DNA of 64,000 bases from Candidatus Bathyarchaeales archaeon. Its GTDB lineage: Archaea; Thermoproteota; Bathyarchaeia; Bathyarchaeales; Bathycorpusculaceae. A model generated the notes under the pieces. The model was not told the origin of the DNA and searched no databases. It saw nothing but the letters and a program-made list of their open reading frames with translations. Shown here piece after piece: positions 53,663-62,695 of the stretch; position 1 is the stretch's first letter, and each line of letters begins with the position of its first letter. The position numbers and the translations under genes are program-made. Location of the stretch: NCBI GenBank assembly GCA_049700035.1, contig JBNAWC010000002.1, positions 6,847-70,846 of the forward strand, given 5' to 3'.

Positions 53663-54476
53663 TGGCTAGCTCTCCGAAATCTTCTGGCGCGAGTTCCCTA
53701 ACTCGCTTATCAATAAATGAAAAAGATTCCAAGATATTTTTGGCTTTGTCGGTTGTTAAAAAGCCCGCACTTTTAATAAACGATGATATTACGTTTCTAA
53801 CTTTTCTATTACGGCGATTGAAAAGAAACTTCACAATTTTTTGGAAAAGCTTTTCATCCTTTACCATAAAAGGATGCGGTTTTTTAGGTTTAAGCCGAAC
53901 AATGATGGAATCCACTTCTGGTTGTGGATAAAACATCCAGTTGGAAACTTCATCTAAAAGCTCTACTTCCGCGTTGTAATATGTTATGACCGCCAACCAG
54001 CCATATTCTTCGCTTCCGATTGGGGCAAAGAGGCGGCTGGCAAATTCCTTCTGCAAAATCAGTACTGCACATTCAAATTTTTTGTTGAAAAGCCAAAGAA
54101 GCAAATGCGAAGAAATATTGTAGGGTGGAATAGAAACAACCTTGTTGAATTGAGGAATTGGAACTTTAAGAACATCGCCTTCAATTATCTCCACATTTTG
54201 ATGCGTCTTAAGTTGTTCACGGAGCATCTTGACAAGTTTTGCGTCAAATTCTACAGCTAACACTTTTTTGCACTCTTTAGCCAAAAATTTTGTGAGAAAT
54301 CCCATGCCAGCGCCAATGTCTAGCACCGTATCGTTTTCCGTTACACAAGCGTAGTCTGCCATCAACCGAAAAATTGGCGGGTTAACCATGAAGTTTTGTC
54401 CAAAACGCTTTTTCGGAGTTATTCGATACCTTCGAAGCAGAAACTTCGTTTCTTCTAAAAGGCTCATTTCAACCAT
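53646..54476 (-). CDS. rsmA: 16S rRNA (adenine1518/1519-N6)-dimethyltransferase KsgA/Dim1
   Basis: KKRFGQNFMVNPP, VLDIGAGMGFLT, and VVSIPPYNISS. Confidence 0.9.
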   Translation of the reverse strand: MVEMSLLEETKFLLRRYRITPKKRFGQNFMVNPPIFRLMADYACVTENDTVLDIGAGMGFLTKFLAKECKKVLAVEFDAKLVKMLREQLKTHQNVEIIEGDVLKVPIPQFNKVVSIPPYNISSHLLLWLFNKKFECAVLILQKEFASRLFAPIGSEEYGWLAVITYYNAEVELLDEVSNWMFYPQPEVDSIIVRLKPKKPHPFMVKDEKLFQKIVKFLFNRRNRKVRNVISSFIKSAGFLTTDKAKNILESFSFIDKRVRELAPEDFGELANAFAV

Positions 54477-54487
54477 TAACCACTATT

Positions 54488-55057
54488 TTACTGTGTCCGC
54501 GTGAACAATTGATACTTAGTCTCGCCAGTAAGCTCCTCCAAAATCCTCTTCGTAATAAGCTTCACAGGATTAGGCAGCTCTGTGCGCTTTTGCAAATCCT
54601 CAAAGCTTTCAAAGGGCTTCTTTTCACGCTCATTTATCACTTGCCACATATACTTCTTGCCTATACCGGGAATTAGCTCTAAAGCGTGCATCCGCGGCGT
54701 AATAGCCCGTGCTGTGTTAAAAAAGTTGACAAACCACTTTTCCCTATTCAAAACTATTCTGCTTACCACCGACGGAAGCTCCATTTTTGCCGCCGCAGTT
54801 AACTCCTCATAGCGCACCCGTCCAATAATGTAGGTTATTTCTTCTCTGGATTCTTTTCCAACGTAAACGCGGTCATGCGCCTTTAAAACAACTCCCTCTT
54901 TAACAAGCGCCTCTAAAAGAGTAAAGAATTCTTCGCCAATCAACTGCACCAGAGCCCCCGCTCTGTAACCAGCCCGTCCGGTTACTCGCACTCCGGGTCT
55001 ACCATGCGGAAGGAAGTCTAGCACGTAGGCATATTCCTCGTATCTTTTCTCCATCAT
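54488..55057 (-). CDS. DUF655 family protein (OB + helix-hairpin-helix, nucleic-acid binding)
   Basis: EEYAYVLDFLPHGRP and C-terminal LELIPGIGKKYMWQVINER. Lies in the conserved rpoF-DUF655-ksgA position. Confidence 0.8.
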   Translation of the reverse strand: MMEKRYEEYAYVLDFLPHGRPGVRVTGRAGYRAGALVQLIGEEFFTLLEALVKEGVVLKAHDRVYVGKESREEITYIIGRVRYEELTAAAKMELPSVVSRIVLNREKWFVNFFNTARAITPRMHALELIPGIGKKYMWQVINEREKKPFESFEDLQKRTELPNPVKLITKRILEELTGETKYQLFTRTQ

Positions 55058-55109
55058 AGCTGCCTTTACCTTGTCTTAACTCTTTAAAATTATGGTATAA
55101 TCGCCTATT

Positions 55110-55442
55110 TTATTTTCGATACTCGTTTAAAAGACCAATTATGGCTTCTAATTTTGATGTTTCAATAATTTTGCGGCCTCCAGCAAGGAAGACTCTAAGT
55201 TCTTCTACGCTTTTCGGAGCGCAGTTAATCACTTGAACAGCTTCATCTTCGTCGAGACCAAACTCGCTAACAAGTTTTTCCACAAGTTTCTCGGCTGCTT
55301 CAGCATCAATCTTCGAGAATTTGGAAACATAATCGTATGTGCGGCGCTGAAATTGGTCAAGGTTTTCTTCGCCCATAGACTCCAATATTTTTTTAACTTG
55401 TGGAATTGTAAGCTTTTTCTCGATTACTGCACGCTTTGACAA
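55110..55442 (-). CDS. rpoF: DNA-directed RNA polymerase subunit F (Rpo4)
   Basis: LTIPQVKKILE...QRRTYDYVSKFSK...AEKLVEKLVSEFGLDEDEAVQVINCAPKSVEELR. Confidence 0.85.
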   Translation of the reverse strand: MSKRAVIEKKLTIPQVKKILESMGEENLDQFQRRTYDYVSKFSKIDAEAAEKLVEKLVSEFGLDEDEAVQVINCAPKSVEELRVFLAGGRKIIETSKLEAIIGLLNEYRK

Positions 55443-55444
55443 AG

Positions 55445-55741
55445 CTAATCACCTTTGTATGGCTCTAGATGTTCTGGTCTAGCAATAATTTCCTTAACGG
55501 TGTCGCCTTGTGTAACATTTACAACATAGCTTCGTCCGCGTTTTTCAACAACAGTGCCGACCTTGCCATGATAACGCCTATGAGGCATTCCCTTTTGAAC
55601 GCTTGGGTCAAGTTTGATTACTACGCGGGTGCCAGGCTGATATTCATGCAGCAATTTGCTGATTCGCATTTTCCCTCTTTCTCTAGGGTCCTTTCTGAGA
55701 AGCCTGCGTGTTCCTGCGCGGTAGCCTTTTGATTTTCTCAT
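55445..55741 (-). CDS. rpl21e: 50S ribosomal protein L21e
   Basis: SKGYRAGTRRLLRK...GMPHRRYHGKVGTVV. Confidence 0.92.
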   Translation of the reverse strand: MRKSKGYRAGTRRLLRKDPRERGKMRISKLLHEYQPGTRVVIKLDPSVQKGMPHRRYHGKVGTVVEKRGRSYVVNVTQGDTVKEIIARPEHLEPYKGD

Positions 55742-55754
55742 TTTTCCACCACTA

Positions 55755-57089
55755 TTAATGTTTCATAATTACATTTAGAACATCGAGTTTTATAGGCTTC
55801 GCTCTGTTTTTGAGAATTTCGGAGACGCTTGGCATTGTTCTTCCTTCATCTCCAGTCACCAGTTCTTTAACATATAGCCCTCCTTGGCATCTTATTTTCA
55901 TTTCAACCGTTTTGGGTGACAACTTCTTTACTTTAACCTCGTATATGTACTTTTCCCGTGTTAAATCAGCTCGCCTATGCAACACGCGTAACGGTGTGCG
56001 TTGCCTAACAACTGTATTCGCCAATTTCTCTTCAAGCAGTCTTAACTCCTCATCAGAAACCTCATTTTCAAATTCCACTATAACACGGTACTCCTTTTGA
56101 GAAGCCTCACCCTTCTTTAGTCTTCGTATGACAGACTTATCCACAAACCGCAAGTCAGATATTAGAACCTTCCCTCTAGCATACGTGTTTACGGCAGTTT
56201 CCAACTTTTTAAGGTCTATGAACCTTCGTTTTGGCTGTGTTATTTCTATCACGAATGGCCTGCCCTTACCCAGCATCCTAGCATCAATGTCTTCTCTTCC
56301 AGAGGCATGGAACGAGGCTTTTATGCCGCCAGTTTCTTCCAGAAATGGTTTTTCAATGAGTTCTTCAACCGACTCTATATACATCTTTCCAGTCCAATTA
56401 CATTTCTCGCATCCCTTTCCTCTGCAACTTGAACAGAGCCATTTTGATTGCGGAATCCCTCTAACCAGCTTTTTATAGTTTCCAGCAATGTAAAGTGGAT
56501 TAATTTGAAGGCGCACATCTCCCGTCACAGGGTTTATTATGGCGACAATGTCTGGTTTCGAATATTCAATGTTTTTTCCAGTAAGTTCAACCAGCTTTTT
56601 CCCATACAATCTTCCAAACTCGCTTCGCATATTCTCGCCATATTCAACATTAAATTCAGCTTTAAACTCGTCTTCCCGCTCTTCTATTTTAACTGGCAGT
56701 TCGATTCCCACCAAAAAGTTATGATGCTCATAAGCGCCAAGATTCCCAGCAACTTTATTCGCAACATTTCCAATTTCTTCAAATCTATTTTCGCAAAGGA
56801 AACACTTTTTCGGAAGGTTCTTGCGTGGAACCCGCTTTTTCAATTTATGGAGTATTTCTGCTGCTTTTTGGAAGAACCCGTTTGTCGCAAGAATCTTCAA
56901 AATTTGTACGCCTTCTTGGTTTTTTGAAAGAACTAAAGCGTGGGCTTTGAGAGTTAATGCTGATTTTATAATTCTTCCTCTCTCATCGTTTTCTATGTTG
57001 TATCCTAAGAGGGAAAATTGCCTTCCTAAACAATGGTCACATAAAGGATATTTTTGTAGCATATCTAACGCTTTTCCCAAGAAGCCCAT
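55755..57089 (-). CDS. pus10: tRNA pseudouridine(54/55) synthase Pus10
   Basis: N-terminal Zn module CDHCLGRQF...CFLC, a THUMP region, CSSCRGKGCEKC, and a catalytic-domain segment SGREDIDARMLGKGRPFV. Confidence 0.88.
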   Translation of the reverse strand: MGFLGKALDMLQKYPLCDHCLGRQFSLLGYNIENDERGRIIKSALTLKAHALVLSKNQEGVQILKILATNGFFQKAAEILHKLKKRVPRKNLPKKCFLCENRFEEIGNVANKVAGNLGAYEHHNFLVGIELPVKIEEREDEFKAEFNVEYGENMRSEFGRLYGKKLVELTGKNIEYSKPDIVAIINPVTGDVRLQINPLYIAGNYKKLVRGIPQSKWLCSSCRGKGCEKCNWTGKMYIESVEELIEKPFLEETGGIKASFHASGREDIDARMLGKGRPFVIEITQPKRRFIDLKKLETAVNTYARGKVLISDLRFVDKSVIRRLKKGEASQKEYRVIVEFENEVSDEELRLLEEKLANTVVRQRTPLRVLHRRADLTREKYIYEVKVKKLSPKTVEMKIRCQGGLYVKELVTGDEGRTMPSVSEILKNRAKPIKLDVLNVIMKH

Positions 57090-57120
57090 GGTAAACCCTT
57101 TTTCCTACAATAGTAATGGA

Positions 57121-58455
57121 TTACTTGAAGTCGACTGGTAAGCCCTTACCGAAGAAGGGTATTTTCTTTTTACGCCTTAAAGTTTTCATCATACGACGCA
57201 TAAGAGAATACTGTTTAAAAAGTTCCTTTACCTCTTTTTCGCTTGTTCCAGAACCTCTCGCGACGCGACGAATTCTTGAAGCGTTAAAAATTTTTGGGTT
57301 CTCCTTCTCCTCTTTTGTCATAGACTGAATCATAACACGCCACTTTTCAAGGCGATCCTCAGCCATGTTAAGCATTTCCTCTGGTATGTCATAAGACATC
57401 CCAGGAAGCATTTTCAACAGTTTCCGGAAAGCGCCCATACCCTTAACCGCTTCGAACTGCTCATACATGTCTGTTAGTGTGAATTTGCCGCTCAGAATCG
57501 CCTTCGCCTTCTTTTCTGGAACCTTAATTTCTGCTTCGCGAACCTTCTCTAAAAGGGTCTCTAGGTCGCCCATGCCAAGAAGTCTTCCAACAAACCTTGA
57601 TGGTATGAAGGGTTCTATGTCTTCTATTTTTTCGCCAGTACTGATGAATTTTATCGGCGCGCCAGTGGCGGCAACTGCTGATAGTGCACCTCCGCCTCTT
57701 GCAGAACCGTCAAGTTTTGTAACTAGTATTGAACCTATTGGTGTTGCTTGGTTGAAGGCTTGCGCCTGCACCATAGCTTGTTGCCCTATTGTTCCATCAA
57801 CAACAAGCATGATTTCGTCGGGTTTAATGCTTTTTTCAAGCATCATCATTTCCTTGATTAGTTCTTGTTCTTCTTTGTGCCGCCCAGCAGTATCAATAAT
57901 TATAACGTCTCTGTCATTGAATTGCTTCAAGCCTTCAAGGGCAATTTTCACAGGGTCTTTAGCACTTGGGTTTCCATACAATGGAACGTTAATTCTATTT
58001 GCCAACTGTTGCAGTTGGGCAAAGGCGCCTGGGCGATACGTGTCCACGCAAATTAACGCTGGTTTTAAGCCTCTCTTTTGGAAGTACTTTGCAAGTTTTG
58101 CCGCGGCGGTTGTTTTGCCAGAACCTTGTATGCCAACAAGCATTATTACTTTTCTTTTGCCGGGTTCGATTTTGACTGGTACGGGCTTTTCTCCAAGGAA
58201 ACGCGTCAATTCCTCGTATACAACTTTTATGATATGCTCCCGCCTTGAGATTCCTGGAGGCAACTTTTCTTTTAGCGCTCTTTCTTCTATCCGTTTTGAA
58301 ATGTCGAGGACAAGTTTAACGTTTACATCTGCTTGTAGGAGTGCTCTTTGCACGTCGCGGACAAGCTCTTTAACGGTAGCCTCATCTACAACAGATGCTC
58401 TAAAAACTTTCTTTAAAGCTTCGTAAAGGGATGAGCCTAAACGTTCTAAAGCCAT
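57121..58455 (-). CDS. srp54: signal recognition particle protein SRP54
   Basis: Starts at MALERLGSSLYEALKK (ATG 58455). GIQGSGKTT, DTAGRH, and TKLDG motifs, then a Met-rich M domain. Confidence 0.93.
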   Translation of the reverse strand: MALERLGSSLYEALKKVFRASVVDEATVKELVRDVQRALLQADVNVKLVLDISKRIEERALKEKLPPGISRREHIIKVVYEELTRFLGEKPVPVKIEPGKRKVIMLVGIQGSGKTTAAAKLAKYFQKRGLKPALICVDTYRPGAFAQLQQLANRINVPLYGNPSAKDPVKIALEGLKQFNDRDVIIIDTAGRHKEEQELIKEMMMLEKSIKPDEIMLVVDGTIGQQAMVQAQAFNQATPIGSILVTKLDGSARGGGALSAVAATGAPIKFISTGEKIEDIEPFIPSRFVGRLLGMGDLETLLEKVREAEIKVPEKKAKAILSGKFTLTDMYEQFEAVKGMGAFRKLLKMLPGMSYDIPEEMLNMAEDRLEKWRVMIQSMTKEEKENPKIFNASRIRRVARGSGTSEKEVKELFKQYSLMRRMMKTLRRKKKIPFFGKGLPVDFK

Positions 58456-58548
58456 GGTTTTCTCCAGATTAAAAGTGTTCACGTCCTTAAATATGTATTC
58501 CACAAACTTTTTACATATCGCATGTGAGAAAGACTTGGAGGAAACTGT

Positions 58549-59295
58549 TTGGAAGATGTAAAAATTGTAGAAAAAAAGGAAGTTCCATCGGGCTGCACCA
58601 TGCTTTTCGGTTTTCCAGACGTAGGGCTTGTGGGCGTTATAGCCGCCTCTCATCTAATTTCCGAACTCAACGGCCTTGAGGAAGTAGCGTATGTTGATTC
58701 GCCGCTTTTACCACCGCTAATAGTTTTGCATGAGGGGTTGCCGCACTCGCCAATCAGGATTTTTGGAAACCATAACATTCTATTGGCTGTTTCAGAGACC
58801 GCCATACCAGCAGACGTTATTTATCCAATAATGTACGCCCTAATAGATTGGGGAAAAAGCAAAAACGTTAAAATGATGATCTCGCTCAGCGGCATACCAA
58901 TTCAAGAAAGGCAAGATGTTGAAGAACTGAAAGTTTTTGCCGCTGCATCAAACACTGAAGTGTTAAAGACCGTTCAAGAACAGGGCATAGAAATATTAAA
59001 GGAAGGTTACATGGTTGGTCCACAAGCGATTATGCTGCAACGTTGCGCGAGCATAGGAGTGCCAGCCATAACGTTGCTTGCTCAATGCTTCTTTAACTAT
59101 CCAGACCCAGAGGCAGCAGCAGAGGTGCTAAAAGGATTAACGAAAATTATCGGCTTGAAGATGGATGTTTCAAAGCTTCTGGAGAAAGGCGAAGAAATTC
59201 GTTTGAAGGCAAGAGATGTTATGCGCCGAACACAACAAGAGCTTTCAAAAATGAAGAAGACGCAGGAGTATGACATGCCACTATACATAACTTAG
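58549..59295 (+). CDS. PAC2 (proteasome assembly chaperone 2) family protein, second paralog
   Basis: MLFGFPDVGLVGVIAASHLI...PPLIVLHEGLPHSPIRIF. TTG 58549 lies 6 nt after GGAGGA (58537-58542). Confidence 0.72.
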   Translation: MEDVKIVEKKEVPSGCTMLFGFPDVGLVGVIAASHLISELNGLEEVAYVDSPLLPPLIVLHEGLPHSPIRIFGNHNILLAVSETAIPADVIYPIMYALIDWGKSKNVKMMISLSGIPIQERQDVEELKVFAAASNTEVLKTVQEQGIEILKEGYMVGPQAIMLQRCASIGVPAITLLAQCFFNYPDPEAAAEVLKGLTKIIGLKMDVSKLLEKGEEIRLKARDVMRRTQQELSKMKKTQEYDMPLYIT

Positions 59296-59296
59296 G

Positions 59297-59749
59297 GTGA
59301 GTAGCATGACTGAAAGGAGAAGGCGTTCAATCTTTGATTTGATTGATGCGTACTTTGAAAACTTGGAAGAGTCCGTTAGGCGTTTAAGAGAAACCCTTAT
59401 GGAGAAACCTAGCTGGGACAGAAAAGCTTGCACAATAGAACCGCTCCGCGACATCTCCGTGACGCCGACAGAGGTAATTGTAACTGTTGATTTGCCATAC
59501 GCTGAAGAGAACACAATTCACGTTAAGCCCTTAAGTAAAGATGTTATCGAGATAACGGCAAAAATGCGACGGAAAATAAGCTTTGACGATTTCGGCATAA
59601 CCCACTACAGAGGTGAATTCCAAACATTCCATTGTCAAACACGCATTCCAGTACCAGTTTACATGGACAAAATGGAAGTACGCTTTAAGAGAGGCATACT
59701 TGAGATACACTTGCCACGCAAACATGAGTACGAGATTCCAATAGAATAA
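59297..59749 (+). CDS. Hsp20/alpha-crystallin family small heat-shock protein
   Basis: Alpha-crystallin-type core DISVTPTEVIVTVDLPYAEENTIHVKP...MEVRFKRGILEIHLPRK. GTG 59297 or ATG 59306. Confidence 0.75.
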   Translation: MSSMTERRRRSIFDLIDAYFENLEESVRRLRETLMEKPSWDRKACTIEPLRDISVTPTEVIVTVDLPYAEENTIHVKPLSKDVIEITAKMRRKISFDDFGITHYRGEFQTFHCQTRIPVPVYMDKMEVRFKRGILEIHLPRKHEYEIPIE

Positions 59750-59760
59750 ACGTTTGACAA

Positions 59761-59815
59761 AGCCTCAGGAGCTCGTGTCGTCACAAATCAGACGGCTCTT
59801 CTCGCATCATCGGCT
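59761..59815 (-). ncRNA. candidate C/D-box sRNA (weak)
   Basis: Minus strand reads AGCC-g-AUGAUGC(C)-12 nt-CUGA(D')-4 nt-UGACGAC(C')-8 nt-CUGA(D)-GGCU. The terminal AGCC/GGCU stem and 55-nt size fit. The C box ends in C instead of A, and the D guide is short. Confidence 0.3.
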
Positions 59816-59910
59816 CCAAGAGAAGTTTATGCAAGCCTCTAAGATAAGCTTAATGGAAAGTTTTAACAATTAACCCAGACAAATCTATATGGAAAAAGAG
59901 GCGAAAGGCT

Positions 59911-60108
59911 TTGGCAACTGAAAAGGCTATTCACTTTACAATGTTCCTTCTGTTGCTTGTTGGTTTATGTGGAATCAGCGCTTGGGCAAGCTACAGTTAT
60001 CTAAGTGATTTAATATTGGAAGTTGCGGGCATAGCATTAAGCTGGCGAGTAATTCTACTAATCCTATATTTGGGCTTCAAAAGACTTGATTGGAGTTGGT
60101 GGAGCTAA
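59911..60108 (+). CDS. possible small two-helix membrane protein
   Basis: 65-aa ORF with a TTG start and two hydrophobic segments (FTMFLLLLVGLCGISAWA and VAGIALSWRVILLILYLGF). It lies in an otherwise empty 370-nt gap. No SD seen. Confidence 0.25.
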   Translation: MATEKAIHFTMFLLLLVGLCGISAWASYSYLSDLILEVAGIALSWRVILLILYLGFKRLDWSWWS

Positions 60109-60122
60109 ATCTAGCGCGCTTA

Positions 60123-60515
60123 CTATTTTGTTCTAACAATCTTGATTTTGCCAAGTATTCGCCAAAATTCCACTTCAACGCCAGGGGCGATTTTCGCTTT
60201 CAAATCCTCTTCTTCGGGATAAGGCGCGTCTAAATACTCGTAAGTTTCCAAATCCATTATTTGAACGCTAGAAGGCGTAACTGCAAAGACTTGCCCACTT
60301 CTTTTCTCAATTATTGGCACCTCAGCGTTTGCGTCAACTGGTTTAACTACGCTTCTTTTGACACCGTCAAAAATTCCAACAGCAACTATTCTCGCTTTGG
60401 CTGATCCATGTTTCCCAGGTTTTGATTTAGTTATGTCCACTATACGACATGGTTCACCATCGACAATTAAGTATCCGCCAACCCTAAGGCTTCCAACATC
60501 AACTGGCTTGCTCAT
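60123..60515 (-). CDS. eif5a: translation initiation factor 5A (aIF5A)
   Basis: GSLRVGGYLIVDGEPCRIVDITKSKPGKHGSAKARIV, with the hypusine Lys in KPGKHG. Confidence 0.93.
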   Translation of the reverse strand: MSKPVDVGSLRVGGYLIVDGEPCRIVDITKSKPGKHGSAKARIVAVGIFDGVKRSVVKPVDANAEVPIIEKRSGQVFAVTPSSVQIMDLETYEYLDAPYPEEEDLKAKIAPGVEVEFWRILGKIKIVRTK

Positions 60516-60602
60516 AAACTCACCAACACTACTTTTATCTTACATCTACAGCATTTTAAACAACATCCATATATAGATTAAGGTGCCGCTTAATAATAAA
60601 AG

Positions 60603-61448
60603 GTGGAATATTTGCTGAAAAGTGTAGGGTTAGTAGCCAGATTCGACAAGAAAAGTGCTTTAAAACTTGCAGAAGACCTCACGGAATATCTGATAAAGAA
60701 GGGCTTAGAAGTGCAGGTAGAAGATACTCTCGCGGAAAAAGTCAGCATTAAAGGGAAGACCGTCTCTCTAGAGAAAATGAAAACTGACCTTATAGTCACA
60801 ATAGGCGGAGACGGAACAATCCTAAGAACGTGCATCTCAATTCCAAAGCCAGAGCCGCCCATACTGGCGATAAACATGGGTGTGAGAGGTTTCCTAACAG
60901 AAGTTGAGCCAAAACAAGCATTTAACGCCGTAGACAAATGCTTGAGAGGAGAATTCACAATCGAAAGATGCATGAAGCTATCAATAACCGCAAACGGCGA
61001 AAAATTCCCAGAAGCACTAAACGAGGTTCTAGTATCAGCCGACGAACCAGCGAAACTTCTTTATACGAAGGTTCTCAAAGATGAAAAATTAATTCTCAAC
61101 ATGCAAGCCGACGGCGTAATGATTGCAACGCAAACTGGTTCCACGGGATATTCGCTATCTGCTGGAGGACCGGTCTTGGATCCAGATTTAGACGCTTTTG
61201 TTTTGACTCCAGTTTGTCCTTTAGGCATATTTCATCCGATTGTTTTTCCTGCTAACTCAAGCCTTACAGTTAGTGTCGTTAAACCTAAAAAAACGCTTGT
61301 TGTTGTGGATGGGCATTACCGTAAGACACTGAGCGGCAAGACCGTAAGCATAAAGGTAACGCGTTCCAATAATGAGACGCGTTTTGTAAGGTTTAAGGAA
61401 AACTTTTACCACCGTCTTAAAAGTAGATTGCTTTTCAAGGGAAGTTGA
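60603..61448 (+). CDS. nadK: NAD(+) kinase
   Basis: LIVTIGGDGTILR and ATQTGSTGYSLSAGGPV. GTG start. Confidence 0.9.
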   Translation: MEYLLKSVGLVARFDKKSALKLAEDLTEYLIKKGLEVQVEDTLAEKVSIKGKTVSLEKMKTDLIVTIGGDGTILRTCISIPKPEPPILAINMGVRGFLTEVEPKQAFNAVDKCLRGEFTIERCMKLSITANGEKFPEALNEVLVSADEPAKLLYTKVLKDEKLILNMQADGVMIATQTGSTGYSLSAGGPVLDPDLDAFVLTPVCPLGIFHPIVFPANSSLTVSVVKPKKTLVVVDGHYRKTLSGKTVSIKVTRSNNETRFVRFKENFYHRLKSRLLFKGS

Positions 61449-61996
61449 TGAAAGCGCAAACTGAAAAAAAGCGAATTATAGTTTTGGATACGTCCGCCTT
61501 CGCGGCTGGTTTTGACCCATTTTCAGTGAGCGAAATGCAGTACACCGTGCCGCTTGTTAGAGAGGAAGTGAAGGGAAGCGCTTTCGCAAAAGTTAGGTTG
61601 AAAACAGCAATCGAGCAGGGAAAGATTGTGGTAAAAAAGCCTAAAAAACCATTTTTGGATGCTGTGATTGCTTCAGCTATCGCAATTGGCGACAAAAATT
61701 TCCTTTCAGAGACAGATATCCAAATTTTGGCTTTGGCGCTTGAACTCAAAAATGAGGGGTACAATCCGGTAATCGCTTCAGACGACTATTCCATACAGAA
61801 TGTTGCAAATCGAATGGCGATAGAATTTGCGTCGTTAGCAACTTTTGGCATACGCTTCCAACTGGAATGGGTGAGATATTGCCCAGCATGTTACAGAAAG
61901 TACCAATCCGATTATAAACTTGACAGATGTGCAGTTTGCGGAACGGAATTAAAAAGAAAACCTCTCAAGAAAAAACACTTAAATGATAAAAGTTAA
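61445..61996 (+). CDS. nob1: rRNA-maturation endonuclease Nob1 (PIN domain + zinc ribbon)
   Basis: IIVLDTSAFAAG, IASDDYSIQNVA, and CPACYR...CAVCG. ATGA overlap with nadK. Confidence 0.85.
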   Translation: MMKAQTEKKRIIVLDTSAFAAGFDPFSVSEMQYTVPLVREEVKGSAFAKVRLKTAIEQGKIVVKKPKKPFLDAVIASAIAIGDKNFLSETDIQILALALELKNEGYNPVIASDDYSIQNVANRMAIEFASLATFGIRFQLEWVRYCPACYRKYQSDYKLDRCAVCGTELKRKPLKKKHLNDKS

Positions 61997-62007
61997 GGAC
62001 TTGCTAT

Positions 62008-62598
62008 ATGGAGAAATTGAGCATGCAAAATACCGAGAAGAAAACACTTTACCTTAAAGAGGCCGGAGCAAAAAACACGGACACTCTATTAGAATTTGTC
62101 AAGTCATATGTGGGACGAGAAGGAATAAGGGACATAGTCGTAGCTTCCACGACAGGCGAAACGGGGGCAAAGTCGGCCAAAATTTTCAAAGGATACAATG
62201 TTGTTGTGGTTACGCATCATTTTGGTTTCCGAGAACCGGGGAAAACAGAACTGCAAGAGGAATTCGTAAAGGAGATAACGGCTGATGGTGCAAAAATTTT
62301 TACAGGTACACACGCGCTAAGCAGCGTAGAACGCGCAATAAGGAAAGATTTTGGAACTCTTGCGCCTCTAGAACTAATCGCTAATGTGCTAAGACTGATG
62401 GGAGAAGGAACAAAAGTATGCGTGGAGATAACGTTAATGGCAGCAGATGCTGGCTTAATACCCGTTGATAGGGATGTTGTTGCCATCGCTGGCACTGGTA
62501 GAGGTGCAGACACGGCGCTACGCATCAAACCAGCGAATACGGCAAGATTCTTTGATTTGAAAATTAGAGAGGTAATAGCAAAGCCGCAGGATTTCTAG
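62008..62598 (+). CDS. pyruvate kinase C-terminal (alpha/beta) domain-like protein
   Basis: NTDTLLEFVKSYVGREGIRDIVVASTTGETGAKSAKIF...VVVVTHHFGF is typical of archaeal stand-alone PK_C-like proteins. Confidence 0.6.
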   Translation: MEKLSMQNTEKKTLYLKEAGAKNTDTLLEFVKSYVGREGIRDIVVASTTGETGAKSAKIFKGYNVVVVTHHFGFREPGKTELQEEFVKEITADGAKIFTGTHALSSVERAIRKDFGTLAPLELIANVLRLMGEGTKVCVEITLMAADAGLIPVDRDVVAIAGTGRGADTALRIKPANTARFFDLKIREVIAKPQDF

Positions 62599-62695
62599 AA
62601 TTTGCGTGAAATTGTGGAATACTTTTACTTTATGAATTGGTTTATTAGTAGCGCAACAATATGAGACTCAGAACACTGAGAGGATAAAATACAAA

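Noticed and set aside
57467-58426. 319-aa ORF on the plus strand
   Set aside because: It is entirely antisense to the strongly supported srp54 gene, with a low-complexity Ser/Pro/Ala-rich translation and no motifs. This is a typical shadow ORF. The same reasoning applies to the other long antisense ORFs in the track: 778-1305, 5797-6306, 7008-7550, 12894-13424, 17702-18082, 24545-25099, 41577-41954 and 44647-45132.
58456-58653. 66-codon N-terminal extension of the SRP54 ORF
   Set aside because: SRP54 homologs begin at MALERLG-type sequences. The upstream codons (…WNFLFFYNFYIFQTV…) run through the divergent promoter region and overlap the PAC2 gene start.
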